DNA of 64,000 nucleotides, from IMG/VR virus record IMGVR_UViG_3300042006_000071; one strand, 5' to 3'. Source of the DNA: an uncultured virus (IMG/VR IMGVR_UViG_3300042006_000071) (taxonomy: Duplodnaviria; Heunggongvirae; Uroviricota; Caudoviricetes). Below are positions 1-8,474 of this stretch, piece after piece (positions within the stretch are counted from its first letter, which is position 1; every line of letters starts with the position of its first letter). The translations under genes and the position numbers were made by a program. A model generated the notes under the pieces. It searched no databases. It saw only the letters and a list, made by a program, of their open reading frames with translations, and was not told where the DNA came from.

Positions 1-17
1 AAATCGCGGAAGTCGCG

Positions 18-29
18 GCTCTCCGCGCC
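18..29 (-). other. putative cosN cohesive-end 12-mer (GGCGCGGAGAGC on - strand)
   Basis: 10/12 match to the chi-phage cohesive end as I recall it (GGTGCGCAGAGC). Genome encodes a lambda gpA-type terminase. A cosQ-like element lies 25 nt upstream. Confidence 0.6.
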
Positions 30-54
30 CCCGAGGCCCATCCGACCCCTGGGA

Positions 55-61
55 AGTACCT
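55..61 (-). other. cosQ-like element (AGGTACT)
   Basis: Resembles lambda cosQ GGGTCCT, followed by TCC, at similar spacing upstream of the putative cosN. Confidence 0.45.
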
Positions 62-219
62 TTTTTCGGACGCACCGAAGCACCAATGGCCCCAGGAAGG
101 GCTATGACCCACCTACAAGCCACGATCTTTTTAATTTAATGGCGCACCACTTACACACGCATGACCCCGCCTCATAGGCCCGCTATGCACGTTATAGGGA
201 TATGCCGCTATACCGCTAT

Positions 220-255
220 GGGGCAGGGTAGGGAATAGGGCTAGGGGATATGGGG
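220..255 (+). repeat. six clustered G-tracts (G-quadruplex-capable)
   Basis: GGGG-ca-GGG-ta-GGG-aata-GGG-cta-GGGG-atat-GGGG in non-coding DNA. Confidence 0.6.
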
Positions 256-443
256 ATATGAGGCCCAGGCCACCAGGGCAGGCCATGAGGTAAGCCCGGT
301 TTGTCGCTCGCGTGATACACGCGCATACGTGCGAGGCCCGCCACGCGCTACCAGGGAGAGGCCCGGCCTAACGAAAGCCCGGCCAGGGAAGAGGCCCGAC
401 AAGACGCCACGCCATAGGGCGGCATACCGGCCAGGAAAAGACA

Positions 444-464
444 AAGCCCGCACTAGGCGGGCTT
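444..464 (-). terminator. intrinsic terminator of the left early arm
   Basis: Stem AAGCCCGC/GCGGGCTT, followed on - strand by TGTCTTTT, just downstream of the last leftward gene. Confidence 0.7.
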
Positions 465-487
465 CGGGGACGGTGGGGAATGCGGCC

Positions 488-592
488 TTATCGGGTCAAG
501 ACCCAGGCGCTATATGGTAAGGGGTCAAGGCGGTTCACGTCGCAGAACTGCACATAGGCGATGTAGGCCGCATACTGGTTGACTGTGCTCAT
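488..592 (-). CDS. small hypothetical protein (34 aa)
   Basis: ATG at 592 with AAGGGG RBS; in operon. Confidence 0.55.
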   Translation of the reverse strand: MSTVNQYAAYIAYVQFCDVNRLDPLPYSAWVLTR

Positions 593-602
593 GGTTGACC
601 CC

Positions 603-980
603 TTATCCAATGAATGCGGAAACGTGCCAGCGCCCGCGCCCAGGCTTGCCGGTATCGTAGTTATAGCGCCCCTCATGCCAGGACGACAGAACGCGGATGC
701 GCAGAAACACGCCTTTGGCTTCCGGCTCATAGCGGAACAGGTCTTGCACGTGGGCGGTTGCCACCTTGCGCGACACTTCCACGCATCCGCGCCAGTAGCC
801 CGGCCTGTAGTGTTCTGGATCGTCCTTAATGCCGCCGTCGTGGCGGGTGTGCGCGTAGAACGTGCGCGCCTTGCGCAGTACGGCTAAGGCATCGCCCACC
901 GTGTAGCACTCGTACTCTGCGGCCTTGCGCCCGTTGCCCTCTTGCGTCTCTTGAACTGGCTTGATAGCGGTTGCGGTCAT
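603..980 (-). CDS. hypothetical protein
   Basis: AAGGAG RBS before ATG at 980; abuts upstream gene. Confidence 0.75.
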   Translation of the reverse strand: MTATAIKPVQETQEGNGRKAAEYECYTVGDALAVLRKARTFYAHTRHDGGIKDDPEHYRPGYWRGCVEVSRKVATAHVQDLFRYEPEAKGVFLRIRVLSSWHEGRYNYDTGKPGRGRWHVSAFIG

Positions 981-985
981 GGCGG

Positions 986-2401
986 TTACTCCTTCGTGCT
1001 GATGAAGGCTTGGCAGGCGTCCGAAGTCGGCACGCGCCCCGCGTCCATTTCGTAGTACATCCATGCGCCGAACGCTTCAGCAATCGGCACGGTGCGCAGC
1101 ACTTCGGCCCAGGATGCGAGCATTGCATACAGGTAGGCCGCGTCCCGCACTTCGCCGCGTGTCACCTCTACCATGTGCGCCACCGCGTCACCAGGGCGCG
1201 GCGCGTGGCCTTTGTAGAAGCCCGCCATTGCAGCAGCCGCGAGCAATACCGCATCGCCCAGGACGGCAACCGGGTCAACCGGTGCGGATGGCTCTACTTC
1301 CATGATCTTTGCGGCGGCGCGGTGCATTTCGTTATTCGCCCAGGCCATAAAGCCTTGCGCCGTACCGTCAACCGGCGCGGCCTGCCCCAAGCTGGCGCGC
1401 TGCTGTTCAACCGCTTGCGCGAAGCCTTCCGCCATGCCATCAACCGGCGCGGCCAGGGCGGCGCGCACGTTCTCAACGAAGCCCGCCCAATGTGCCATGA
1501 GGCGCTTAACGTCGGTCGCATCGGCGCGCAGCACGTTGCGCATGTTCTGGCCGTTGACCGTGGCCCACATGACGAACGTATAGCCCTGCTCAACGGTTGG
1601 CAAGTCCAGCACAAGCGACGCGCCCACCTCTGCGCCGTCGGTCTGCTCAAGGGCGCAGTCTATGGCGTGCTGCGCGTTGCGCAATGCGTCCGTGCTGCCC
1701 AGGTTATAGGCTTCTTCGTGCGGGCCGGTCTTGGCCTGCGAGGCGGTCACGGCGGCAGCGTGGCGGGCATGCGCTACCAGGGCGCGCACTGCGCCGGTAA
1801 AGTCGCTATTCCATGCTGCCAACTCGCCGCCCAGGGTTTGCGCCTTGAACTCAACGCGGCCACGGTTCACGGCGGCGAACACATGGCCGATAACGCCACC
1901 GTCAAGCGTGACGCGCTCAACGTCAACCAATGCGCCATTGCTGCCCGCGCTGCTTTCACGCTCCACGGTCACGCCTTCAGCGGCATACAAGGCTGGCGCA
2001 AGTTCGGCAATGCGCGCATCAAACGCGGCAAGGGCTTTTGCTTGCAAGTGCGAGCGGTCATTTTCGCGCAGCGTGTCGATTACGTTTTCGCGGTGCGCGT
2101 TCACTTCGGCCAGCAAGTCGCCGCCCTCGTCGAATGCGCAGTTTGCGGAAGTCACGGCAAAGCCGATTGCATCAAATGCGGTGCCATCAACTTCCGTCCA
2201 TTTGGACGCGGCCACAATCGAGCGCCCTTCAAGGATGCCGCGCATGTCGCGCACTGCTGGCACTTTGCCGCCGTTCAGGTATGCGGGCAGACTGCAAATT
2301 GCTTGCGGCTTGCCGTTCACCATGCCGCCAATGTGCAGGCGTACATTTTTGCTAGACGCCATATACAGGCCGGTCATGTTGCGAGTGTTAGACGTTTTCA
2401 T
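986..2401 (-). CDS. hypothetical early protein (471 aa, Ala-rich)
   Basis: Long ORF, AAGGAG RBS, own promoter upstream. Confidence 0.85.
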   Translation of the reverse strand: MKTSNTRNMTGLYMASSKNVRLHIGGMVNGKPQAICSLPAYLNGGKVPAVRDMRGILEGRSIVAASKWTEVDGTAFDAIGFAVTSANCAFDEGGDLLAEVNAHRENVIDTLRENDRSHLQAKALAAFDARIAELAPALYAAEGVTVERESSAGSNGALVDVERVTLDGGVIGHVFAAVNRGRVEFKAQTLGGELAAWNSDFTGAVRALVAHARHAAAVTASQAKTGPHEEAYNLGSTDALRNAQHAIDCALEQTDGAEVGASLVLDLPTVEQGYTFVMWATVNGQNMRNVLRADATDVKRLMAHWAGFVENVRAALAAPVDGMAEGFAQAVEQQRASLGQAAPVDGTAQGFMAWANNEMHRAAAKIMEVEPSAPVDPVAVLGDAVLLAAAAMAGFYKGHAPRPGDAVAHMVEVTRGEVRDAAYLYAMLASWAEVLRTVPIAEAFGAWMYYEMDAGRVPTSDACQAFISTKE

Positions 2402-2443
2402 TTTGCTACTCCTTTTTAGGATTGTTTTGTGCGGTACAGGCGT

Positions 2444-2474
2444 ATTCTAACATGACAAGGAAAACCAGTGTCAA
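2444..2474 (-). promoter_or_regulatory. sigma70-like promoter overlapped by 21-bp dyad (2453-2473)
   Basis: TTGACA-19-TAGAAT with extended TG; dyad TGACAAGGAAAACCAGTGTCA. Confidence 0.7.
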
Positions 2475-2497
2475 CAGGTTTGCAGCCAAAAACAACA

Positions 2498-2516
2498 AAG
2501 CCCGCATTGCGGGCTT
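2498..2516 (-). terminator. intrinsic terminator
   Basis: Stem AAGCCCGC/GCGGGCTT (same stem as 444-464) followed by TGTTGTTTTT on - strand. Confidence 0.8.
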
Positions 2517-2520
2517 GTGG

Positions 2521-2760
2521 TTACTCGTCGTCTTGTCCTGCTCGCCTTCGCTGGAATGCGAGATATGCGGCTAGTGATTCCTTGTCGGGCATGGCCGCCC
2601 AGGCGATAACCGCGCCCACCGCTACAGCCTTCAACGCTTCGCGGTTCATGTCGAATAGCCAGAACGTGAGGCCAGCGCCCACCGCGTACAGCATGGCAAT
2701 GCACTGCGCCAGGATGCGCACGCCGGTAACGGCTAGATAGTCATGCCGTGGCGTGCTCAT
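2521..2760 (-). CDS. small membrane protein
   Basis: Two hydrophobic stretches; ATGA overlap with upstream gene. Confidence 0.7.
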   Translation of the reverse strand: MSTPRHDYLAVTGVRILAQCIAMLYAVGAGLTFWLFDMNREALKAVAVGAVIAWAAMPDKESLAAYLAFQRRRAGQDDE

Positions 2761-3008
2761 GCTGCCCCCTTTTGAAGCCAGTTGTAAAAGGCCGCGCCCA
2801 GGTTCAGCGGGCAACCGATAGGCTTACGCCAGCAGACCGCCTTTGCCATTTCCGCCAGGGCGGCGCGGGCTTCGTGCGGCATCGCGTGATGCGCCTTTGC
2901 GAAGTCCACGCCATGCGACTGTGCGAAGTGCTCACGCAATGCCACCTTGCGCGCCATGCCGGTTAGCGTGCGATACCGGCGCACGTTCAACGCCTGTTGA
3001 TGGTTCAT
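2757..3008 (-). CDS. hypothetical protein
   Basis: ATGA-coupled on both sides; GGAGG RBS. Confidence 0.75.
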   Translation of the reverse strand: MNHQQALNVRRYRTLTGMARKVALREHFAQSHGVDFAKAHHAMPHEARAALAEMAKAVCWRKPIGCPLNLGAAFYNWLQKGAA

Positions 3009-3319
3009 TGCGCGCCCTCCTTCGGTGCCGGAACGGTGAACGCGGCGAGAAGATCATAGGAGCGCTTGAGGTCTGACTTAATCGCGGCGATGGTCGCATC
3101 GCTAAGCCCGTCCTTAATCATCACCGGATTGATGATCTCTTTGCCGCCAATGGCCGTAAGCTGCAACAGGACGCCGGAACCCATAAAGCGTTTAGTGTCG
3201 GCCTTGCCAATGTTCGCGTTTGCGAAGTGGTACACGTGGAACAATTGCGCGTTGAGTTCCAAAATCTCACGCTCCAACTGTGCGCGGGTCTTTTTGGCGG
3301 GCTTGTTAGGTTTGGTCAT
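3005..3319 (-). CDS. hypothetical protein
   Basis: ATGA coupling; GAGGTG RBS. Confidence 0.8.
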   Translation of the reverse strand: MTKPNKPAKKTRAQLEREILELNAQLFHVYHFANANIGKADTKRFMGSGVLLQLTAIGGKEIINPVMIKDGLSDATIAAIKSDLKRSYDLLAAFTVPAPKEGAQ

Positions 3320-3513
3320 TTCGTCACCTCTTGCGCGATGTAATAAGGCGTGGTCATGTCGGCTTTTGCTTCATACGCCGACACGATAGCGCCGGATAAA
3401 AAGAACTCGCCTTTGCGCGGCGCGCGCATTGGCTGGCCGTCCCATTTGAAGTGGCGCAGCTTGCCGCGAGGGCTTGCGATGGTCACGGTTTTAAATCCGA
3501 TTGCTGGACGCAT
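3316..3513 (-). CDS. hypothetical protein
   Basis: AAGGAGG RBS; coupled to downstream gene. Confidence 0.75.
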   Translation of the reverse strand: MRPAIGFKTVTIASPRGKLRHFKWDGQPMRAPRKGEFFLSGAIVSAYEAKADMTTPYYIAQEVTK

Positions 3514-3525
3514 GGCCGGGCCTCC

Positions 3526-3924
3526 TTACAGGTCACGCTTACGCGCAACTTCGTTATGGTCATAGTCCACGCCTGCCACTTCGCGGAAATAGCGCGTAGG
3601 GTTCATGTTCTCATGGTCTGCGGCAGGGAACAGGCCGGACGCGGCCATGCGGTCACGCATTGCATAATCCCAGCCACTACCAGTGCCAGCGATTGCAAAG
3701 ACCGTGTTACCGCTCGCCATGTCGCGCAGTTCGCCGCGATACTCGCAACCGCTGCGCCCCCACCATGTCCGGGCCGTGATTCGGTACTCTTTGAAGGCGC
3801 GGAACTGCTGTAATGCGTCGCTTGCGATGCTCGCCATAGTGGCGGGATTGTCCAACATGCTTGCGCCTGCGATACGTTCGAGCGCGTCAACCAGGATGCG
3901 CGCCGCTTTGTTTGCTTGTGCCAT
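3526..3924 (-). CDS. hypothetical protein
   Basis: AAGGA RBS; in operon. Confidence 0.8.
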   Translation of the reverse strand: MAQANKAARILVDALERIAGASMLDNPATMASIASDALQQFRAFKEYRITARTWWGRSGCEYRGELRDMASGNTVFAIAGTGSGWDYAMRDRMAASGLFPAADHENMNPTRYFREVAGVDYDHNEVARKRDL

Positions 3925-3957
3925 GATTCGGAATCCTTATAAACGGTTTATACGGTT

Positions 3958-4662
3958 TTACTCGTCAATGTCGGCGTAGTCGTTCGCCAGCTTTGCGCGA
4001 GCGTTGCGCACCTCTTGCGCCTCTTCCATCAGGTCAAGGCGCGAATCATGCCCGTAACGCGGATGGTTGCGCAGCGCGAACAGACGGCCAATTTCATAAA
4101 GCGATTCCTTGATTTTGTCGCGCAAGTCCTGCGCCGCGTGCCAGCGCTCGTTATGTTCCTTTTCCTCTTCGGCGTAGTGCTGCGCCTCATGGTCTGCACT
4201 GCGGGCCGCGCTGCGTGCATCCGGGTGAACCTCAAGCAAATAGACGCGCTCGCCGGAATCCGAATCAGCGTAACCGCAACCCCACCGGCCACGCGACAGG
4301 CGGAACACGAAGGCGCGCAGCGTGCGCGAACAGTCCGCATCGCTATACCATCCGCTATGCTCAACGGTGCGGCCTGCCTCTTCGCATTCATCCGCCCACT
4401 GTTCAGCGCGGAATTGCGGCCCGCTATGCGTGACCATGACCGGGTAACGATCCTCACGCACGCCGTAGTCTTTGGAATTGAAGCCCGGCGACAGCGCCGA
4501 CACATCCGGCGCGTGCATCTTCTCGCGTGCCGCCTGCCACGTGCCAGCCGCATACACTGGGGCCAGGGAGCGGAACAGGCCCAGGCGTTGCGCTGGCGTG
4601 CGGTTCGTCACGTTGCGCATTGGATCGCTGAAGCCCTTGATAGTGGTGATATAGGTTTTCAT
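3958..4662 (-). CDS. hypothetical phage protein
   Basis: AAGGAG RBS; HxGWYxD...GxGY motif and C-terminal coiled coil. Confidence 0.8.
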   Translation of the reverse strand: MKTYITTIKGFSDPMRNVTNRTPAQRLGLFRSLAPVYAAGTWQAAREKMHAPDVSALSPGFNSKDYGVREDRYPVMVTHSGPQFRAEQWADECEEAGRTVEHSGWYSDADCSRTLRAFVFRLSRGRWGCGYADSDSGERVYLLEVHPDARSAARSADHEAQHYAEEEKEHNERWHAAQDLRDKIKESLYEIGRLFALRNHPRYGHDSRLDLMEEAQEVRNARAKLANDYADIDE

Positions 4663-4674
4663 GGCGCGCGCTCC

Positions 4675-5628
4675 TTACACGGTCAACGGGGCATCAGTGG
4701 ACAGCAGGCCAGCGACCACAAGGCGCGCGGCCATGTCGGCGAATGCTGCATAGCTGATTTCGTGGCAACCGATGCGCATGGAACCATCGGCATAGAACGA
4801 AGTCACGTTATACACGCCGACACGGCGCACCAGGGCAAGCGCATCATCCGGCGAAGTGATGCCGCCATGCACGCGCTGGATAATCGGCCACAGTGCCAGG
4901 GCTTGCGACAGTGGCACCTCTGCGCCGTGACTGGTTTGGATGAATGCTTGCACGCCGGTTGCAATCTGCTCTTGCCGCTTGTGCAGGCGCAGCGCAACCG
5001 GCAAGGCGTGCATGCCGCCGTGATTAGGCCCACCGGCCAGCCATTGCGCCAGGGCTTCGCGCTGCGATTCTGCGCGCCGGGCCTGCTCTGCGGCGCGGGC
5101 CGCTTCGTCGGCTGCGCGTTGATCGTCGCGGGCCTTGCGCAGCGCCTCGAACGAATCCCCGTCAACGTCAAACGGTTGCACGTTGCCGCGTTCCTCTGCG
5201 GGCAGGGCTTCAAGGTAGAGATTGAAATTCTCTGCGATGTTCAGGGCGGCGATGCGGTGGCCCTCGCGGGTTTCTGGCCGGATGCGGCGCGTAGTCGCGG
5301 CTTCGTCCAGCTTGCCCAGGATTGCCGCGTGCGCCGCGTCACGATTGGCGCGGGCCGTATCGTCGGGGTCATTGCAGTACACAAGGTCTTGACCGCGCAG
5401 GGCTTGACGCGCATAGCTCAGATGCTTTGCCGTGCTAACAGAGTGCGTGCGCGTGGTGAATGCCACTTTACCGCCGGGCAGGTGGCGGGCAATGCAGAAG
5501 TGCGAGCCGTAGCTGTACAGGCGGTCATTGCGGAAAAAGAAGTTAGAGCAAGACCCCTCAGACTGCACTTTGTTTGCGAAGTAGTGGGCAACTTGCTGGT
5601 TATTGGCGAGAACTTTTTTCATGGTCAT
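4675..5628 (-). CDS. hypothetical phage protein
   Basis: AAGGAG RBS; YSYGxHF and TSxGAxVP...GCHxI motifs. Confidence 0.85.
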   Translation of the reverse strand: MTMKKVLANNQQVAHYFANKVQSEGSCSNFFFRNDRLYSYGSHFCIARHLPGGKVAFTTRTHSVSTAKHLSYARQALRGQDLVYCNDPDDTARANRDAAHAAILGKLDEAATTRRIRPETREGHRIAALNIAENFNLYLEALPAEERGNVQPFDVDGDSFEALRKARDDQRAADEAARAAEQARRAESQREALAQWLAGGPNHGGMHALPVALRLHKRQEQIATGVQAFIQTSHGAEVPLSQALALWPIIQRVHGGITSPDDALALVRRVGVYNVTSFYADGSMRIGCHEISYAAFADMAARLVVAGLLSTDAPLTV

Positions 5629-5661
5629 AGCTCCTTTGATGGATTGTTTTAGGGGTCTTGC

Positions 5662-5781
5662 TTACTCGCCCGCGATGATGCGAGCGGCGATACTGAACAG
5701 GCGGGCTTGTGCGTCCGTGTTACCCGGCCACGTGGCATAAAGCGATTGCGTCACGTGCAGGGACAGGGCAAGCGCGCTCAT
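5662..5781 (-). CDS. 39-aa micro-ORF
   Basis: MSALALSLHVTQ...IIAGE; ATGA-coupled to upstream micro-ORF; below ORF-track cutoff. Confidence 0.5.
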   Translation of the reverse strand: MSALALSLHVTQSLYATWPGNTDAQARLFSIAARIIAGE

Positions 5782-5843
5782 TGCTTGCCGCCCTTGACGG
5801 TGGCGCACAAGAATTCATACAGGTCAATCTCTTTAACGTCCAT
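5778..5843 (-). CDS. 21-aa micro-ORF
   Basis: MDVKEIDLYEFLCATVKGGKQ with AAGGAG RBS; first ORF after promoter. Confidence 0.5.
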   Translation of the reverse strand: MDVKEIDLYEFLCATVKGGKQ

Positions 5844-5869
5844 TTGATGCACTCCTTTTGTAAATCGGT

Positions 5870-5890
5870 TGACTAGGTTAAACAGTGTTA
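5870..5890. promoter_or_regulatory. 21-bp dyad operator-like site
   Basis: Reverse complement TAACACTGTTTAACCTAGTCA is nearly identical to 16564-16584. Confidence 0.65.
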
Positions 5891-5908
5891 TTGCGTTGAC
5901 TTGTAGCA

Positions 5909-5938
5909 ATGATATTCGACAAGGAAAAACAGTGTCAA
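5909..5938 (-). promoter_or_regulatory. sigma70-like promoter overlapped by 21-bp dyad (5917-5937)
   Basis: TTGACA-18-TATCAT; dyad is 19/21 identical to 2453-2473. Confidence 0.75.
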
Positions 5939-5945
5939 GCGATTT

Positions 5946-6083
5946 TCACCAGAAAGCCACGGCGGCGCACAGTAACAGGATGAAACCGCCGCACCATACC
6001 GGGCCGTCATGCTTGTAGATGGATGCGCCGACACATGCAACGGCCAGGGCGAACAGGCCCAGGACAAGCCAGCAGGCCCACAT
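5946..6083 (-). CDS. 45-aa two-helix membrane peptide
   Basis: MWACWLVLGLFALAVACVG...FILLLCAAVAFW; TAATG overlap with upstream gene. Confidence 0.6.
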   Translation of the reverse strand: MWACWLVLGLFALAVACVGASIYKHDGPVWCGGFILLLCAAVAFW

Positions 6084-6562
6084 TACGCGGCCTTGTCGAT
6101 AATGACTTTAACGCGCTCGCCATGCATCAGGCGCGCGGCCTGATAGGCTTCGCGGCGCATGACTGGCGGGTAAGTGCCATCCACCAAATAGCCAGTAGTC
6201 CAGCGATAGCCCGGCCTGCCGTTGCGCGGCGCTGGTACTTCGATACGGCAGGGAGTGAGGCGGCATACAGGACGGACAAACCGGCGCAGCGTGACGCGGA
6301 AGACCGTAGGCCAGTGCACCACGCTCACGGAAGAGGATGCAACGTAATACGCGCCGCCCAGGTTTTGCACGTACAGGCGCGCACTGCCGCCCACGGCGCA
6401 AACCGTTTCATAGCCCGGCTTCGGAAGCGGATACATGCCGCACAGTGCGCGGGCCGTGGCCTCACTGATGCGGGCCTGATGTTCCGGCCCGTATGCGTCA
6501 CTGCACATACTGGCGTTCAGGTCATACGGCGCACTCTCTTTGATGATGGTTTGGCTATTCAT
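6083..6562 (-). CDS. hypothetical protein
   Basis: AAGGGG RBS; promoter upstream. Confidence 0.75.
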   Translation of the reverse strand: MNSQTIIKESAPYDLNASMCSDAYGPEHQARISEATARALCGMYPLPKPGYETVCAVGGSARLYVQNLGGAYYVASSSVSVVHWPTVFRVTLRRFVRPVCRLTPCRIEVPAPRNGRPGYRWTTGYLVDGTYPPVMRREAYQAARLMHGERVKVIIDKAA

Positions 6563-6612
6563 TGCATACCCCTTTTCGGTTGTTTGAAGGCGGCGAATTA
6601 CCGCCAGCCCGT

Positions 6613-6642
6613 ATTACCGCACGTAGCGCAAAACCTTGTCAA
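6613..6642 (-). promoter_or_regulatory. sigma70-like promoter
   Basis: TTGACA-18-GGTAAT with extended TG; TTGACAAGG half-site. Confidence 0.5.
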
Positions 6643-6975
6643 TACCCCAGGCGCAAAAACCCGCATAAGCCGCGCCGTTACTGGGCGCACTGGGCGGCGC
6701 TGGCCTGCCGATCGTACCAGGGCGGGCAGTGCAGCCGCTACGCGATTCAGTAGCGCACGATCCGAGGTATTTTCTGCGTAAGGCGTGTCACGTTCGTCGG
6801 GCGCTGCGCCCAGGTCGGCGACGCCGCGCTGCGGTAGCTGGCGCACGTCCCGGCTTACTTGAAACCCCTGGCCCGTTCCAAAAATTCGAGTTCCAAATCC
6901 TGACGAAATGGCCCCGCCTTCTTACTTGAGAGCGTCAGCCCGTTCCTAGTCGGCGAGTTTTAGCAACAAAAGTTG

Positions 6976-7005
6976 TTGACACTGTTCCGCATTACATGGG
7001 ATGAT
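6976..7005 (+). promoter_or_regulatory. sigma70-like promoter of the rightward arm
   Basis: TTGACA-18-GATGAT with extended TG; TTGACACTGTT half-site. Confidence 0.6.
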
Positions 7006-7041
7006 CCGTTTGCAGTATTCATTGAATAGGAGAAAAAGAGA

Positions 7042-7398
7042 ATGAAACCAACTCAAGCGACACTGACGAAGCTGAACGTCGGCATGACGGACATCGTTGA
7101 CGACGTACTGCCACCGAGCCGGGCGCGCAGCCACAGCTTCGCATCGGTACTGGCCGACATGGCGGTCGGTGATGTGCCAAGCTGCCGCGCCCTGGAAGTC
7201 ACCATCAACACCACGTCGGAGAACTTCGACATGAAGGCGGCGCTGACGGAGGCGAAGGAGCGCCTGCGCAACAACGTGCAGTCGTCCGTGAACCAGGCCA
7301 AGCGTCGCGTCGAAGGCGCGGCCTATTCGGTCGAGTGCAAAGAACTGGTGTCCGACAACGGACTGTTTATCATCGCCCTGGTACGGAGGACTGCATAA
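7042..7398 (+). CDS. hypothetical protein
   Basis: AGGAG RBS; first gene of rightward arm. Confidence 0.85.
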   Translation: MKPTQATLTKLNVGMTDIVDDVLPPSRARSHSFASVLADMAVGDVPSCRALEVTINTTSENFDMKAALTEAKERLRNNVQSSVNQAKRRVEGAAYSVECKELVSDNGLFIIALVRRTA

Positions 7399-7399
7399 C

Positions 7400-7585
7400 A
7401 TGGCAACCATTAGCCAACTGCGCGCGCAGCGCACCAACGTCATCGCCGCAATGTCGGAGAAGGAGCAAACCGTGAAGAACATGGACGCCAACATGCGCGC
7501 CCTGCGCGGCGAGATCGACAAGCTGCGCAAGCAGGAGCGTCAGTTGACCGCCGAGATCACCAAACTGGCGAGGGATGAACTGTGA
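7400..7585 (+). CDS. small coiled-coil protein ending -DEL
   Basis: GGAGG RBS; heptad pattern. Confidence 0.8.
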   Translation: MATISQLRAQRTNVIAAMSEKEQTVKNMDANMRALRGEIDKLRKQERQLTAEITKLARDEL

Positions 7586-8445
7586 AGATCACCAACGGCA
7601 AGGTGTTCATGAACGGCAAAGAGGTCGGGACTGTAGATGCTGAAATCAAACTGCCGCAGGATTCTAGCGCCGGGGAGCCTCATGCTGTCCCCGCCATGTA
7701 CGGCAGCTTGAAGATCAGCAAGGCCAAGCTGGACAAGTTCATTCGACCCCAGGTGCGAGTCACACCGGCCCCTTGGTGGTTCGATCTGGAATCGGAGCCG
7801 CTGCCCTCGCTGGCCCAGGAGCGCACCCGCCGCTGGTTCCCGGTGGGCCTGACTGGTTCGATCCCCAGCCACCCATTCGACCGCCCGCTGATCGACGCCT
7901 TCTACAACCGCCGCCTGGGCGAGCCGTTCGACGAGGCCACCACCCTGCGCGCGGCGAGCGAGCGCTTGAACACGCCGAAGCTGACCGCCGAGGAACTGCT
8001 GGCGTCGCTGCGCAAGGCCATCGGCGTGAGCGACGAAATGATTCAAGAGCCGGTGTACTTCGGCCCTAACCGCGCCGCCCAATCACTCTCGCTCGCCGCG
8101 TACAACATGCGTCGGCACCAGCGCGAACTGGAAGTGGGTCGGCAGGCCATGCGCAGCCTGACCGCGAGCATGCTCCATGAGTGGTTCCGTGGTCTGTTCG
8201 GCCCGACGCTGGCCCACCACATCGCCAAGATTTACAACAAGGGGAATGACTATGCAAATCCGCGAACTGCATTCGCTGCGTCCGTCGTGTCGGCAGTGTG
8301 GAACCCGCGTCAAGGACTTGACGTGCCAGCACTTGCCCGAAGAATCGTTGTACCTTCTATCGGCAGTGTGCCACGGCGACCGCCACGTGGAGGTGATCGA
8401 GGCCCACATGATCGAAGAAGCACTCGCAAGCCTTTCAACCAATAA
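7582..8445 (+). CDS. hypothetical protein
   Basis: GTGA overlap start; last ~65 codons overlap the next gene. Confidence 0.7.
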   Translation: MKITNGKVFMNGKEVGTVDAEIKLPQDSSAGEPHAVPAMYGSLKISKAKLDKFIRPQVRVTPAPWWFDLESEPLPSLAQERTRRWFPVGLTGSIPSHPFDRPLIDAFYNRRLGEPFDEATTLRAASERLNTPKLTAEELLASLRKAIGVSDEMIQEPVYFGPNRAAQSLSLAAYNMRRHQRELEVGRQAMRSLTASMLHEWFRGLFGPTLAHHIAKIYNKGNDYANPRTAFAASVVSAVWNPRQGLDVPALARRIVVPSIGSVPRRPPRGGDRGPHDRRSTRKPFNQ

Positions 8446-8461
8446 CCACACCGCTTTCTAA
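8252..8461 (+). CDS. small CxxC (putative zinc-binding) protein
   Basis: AAGGGG RBS; CRQC...CH motif; phage-like codons in this frame. Confidence 0.6.
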   Translation: MQIRELHSLRPSCRQCGTRVKDLTCQHLPEESLYLLSAVCHGDRHVEVIEAHMIEEALASLSTNNHTAF

Positions 8462-8474
8462 GGAGCGCAACTAC

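Noticed and set aside
6598..6929. Short ORFs 6598-6846 and 6729-6929 between the divergent arms
   Set aside because: No clear RBS, one overlaps a promoter, composition atypical; left as unexplained intergenic DNA
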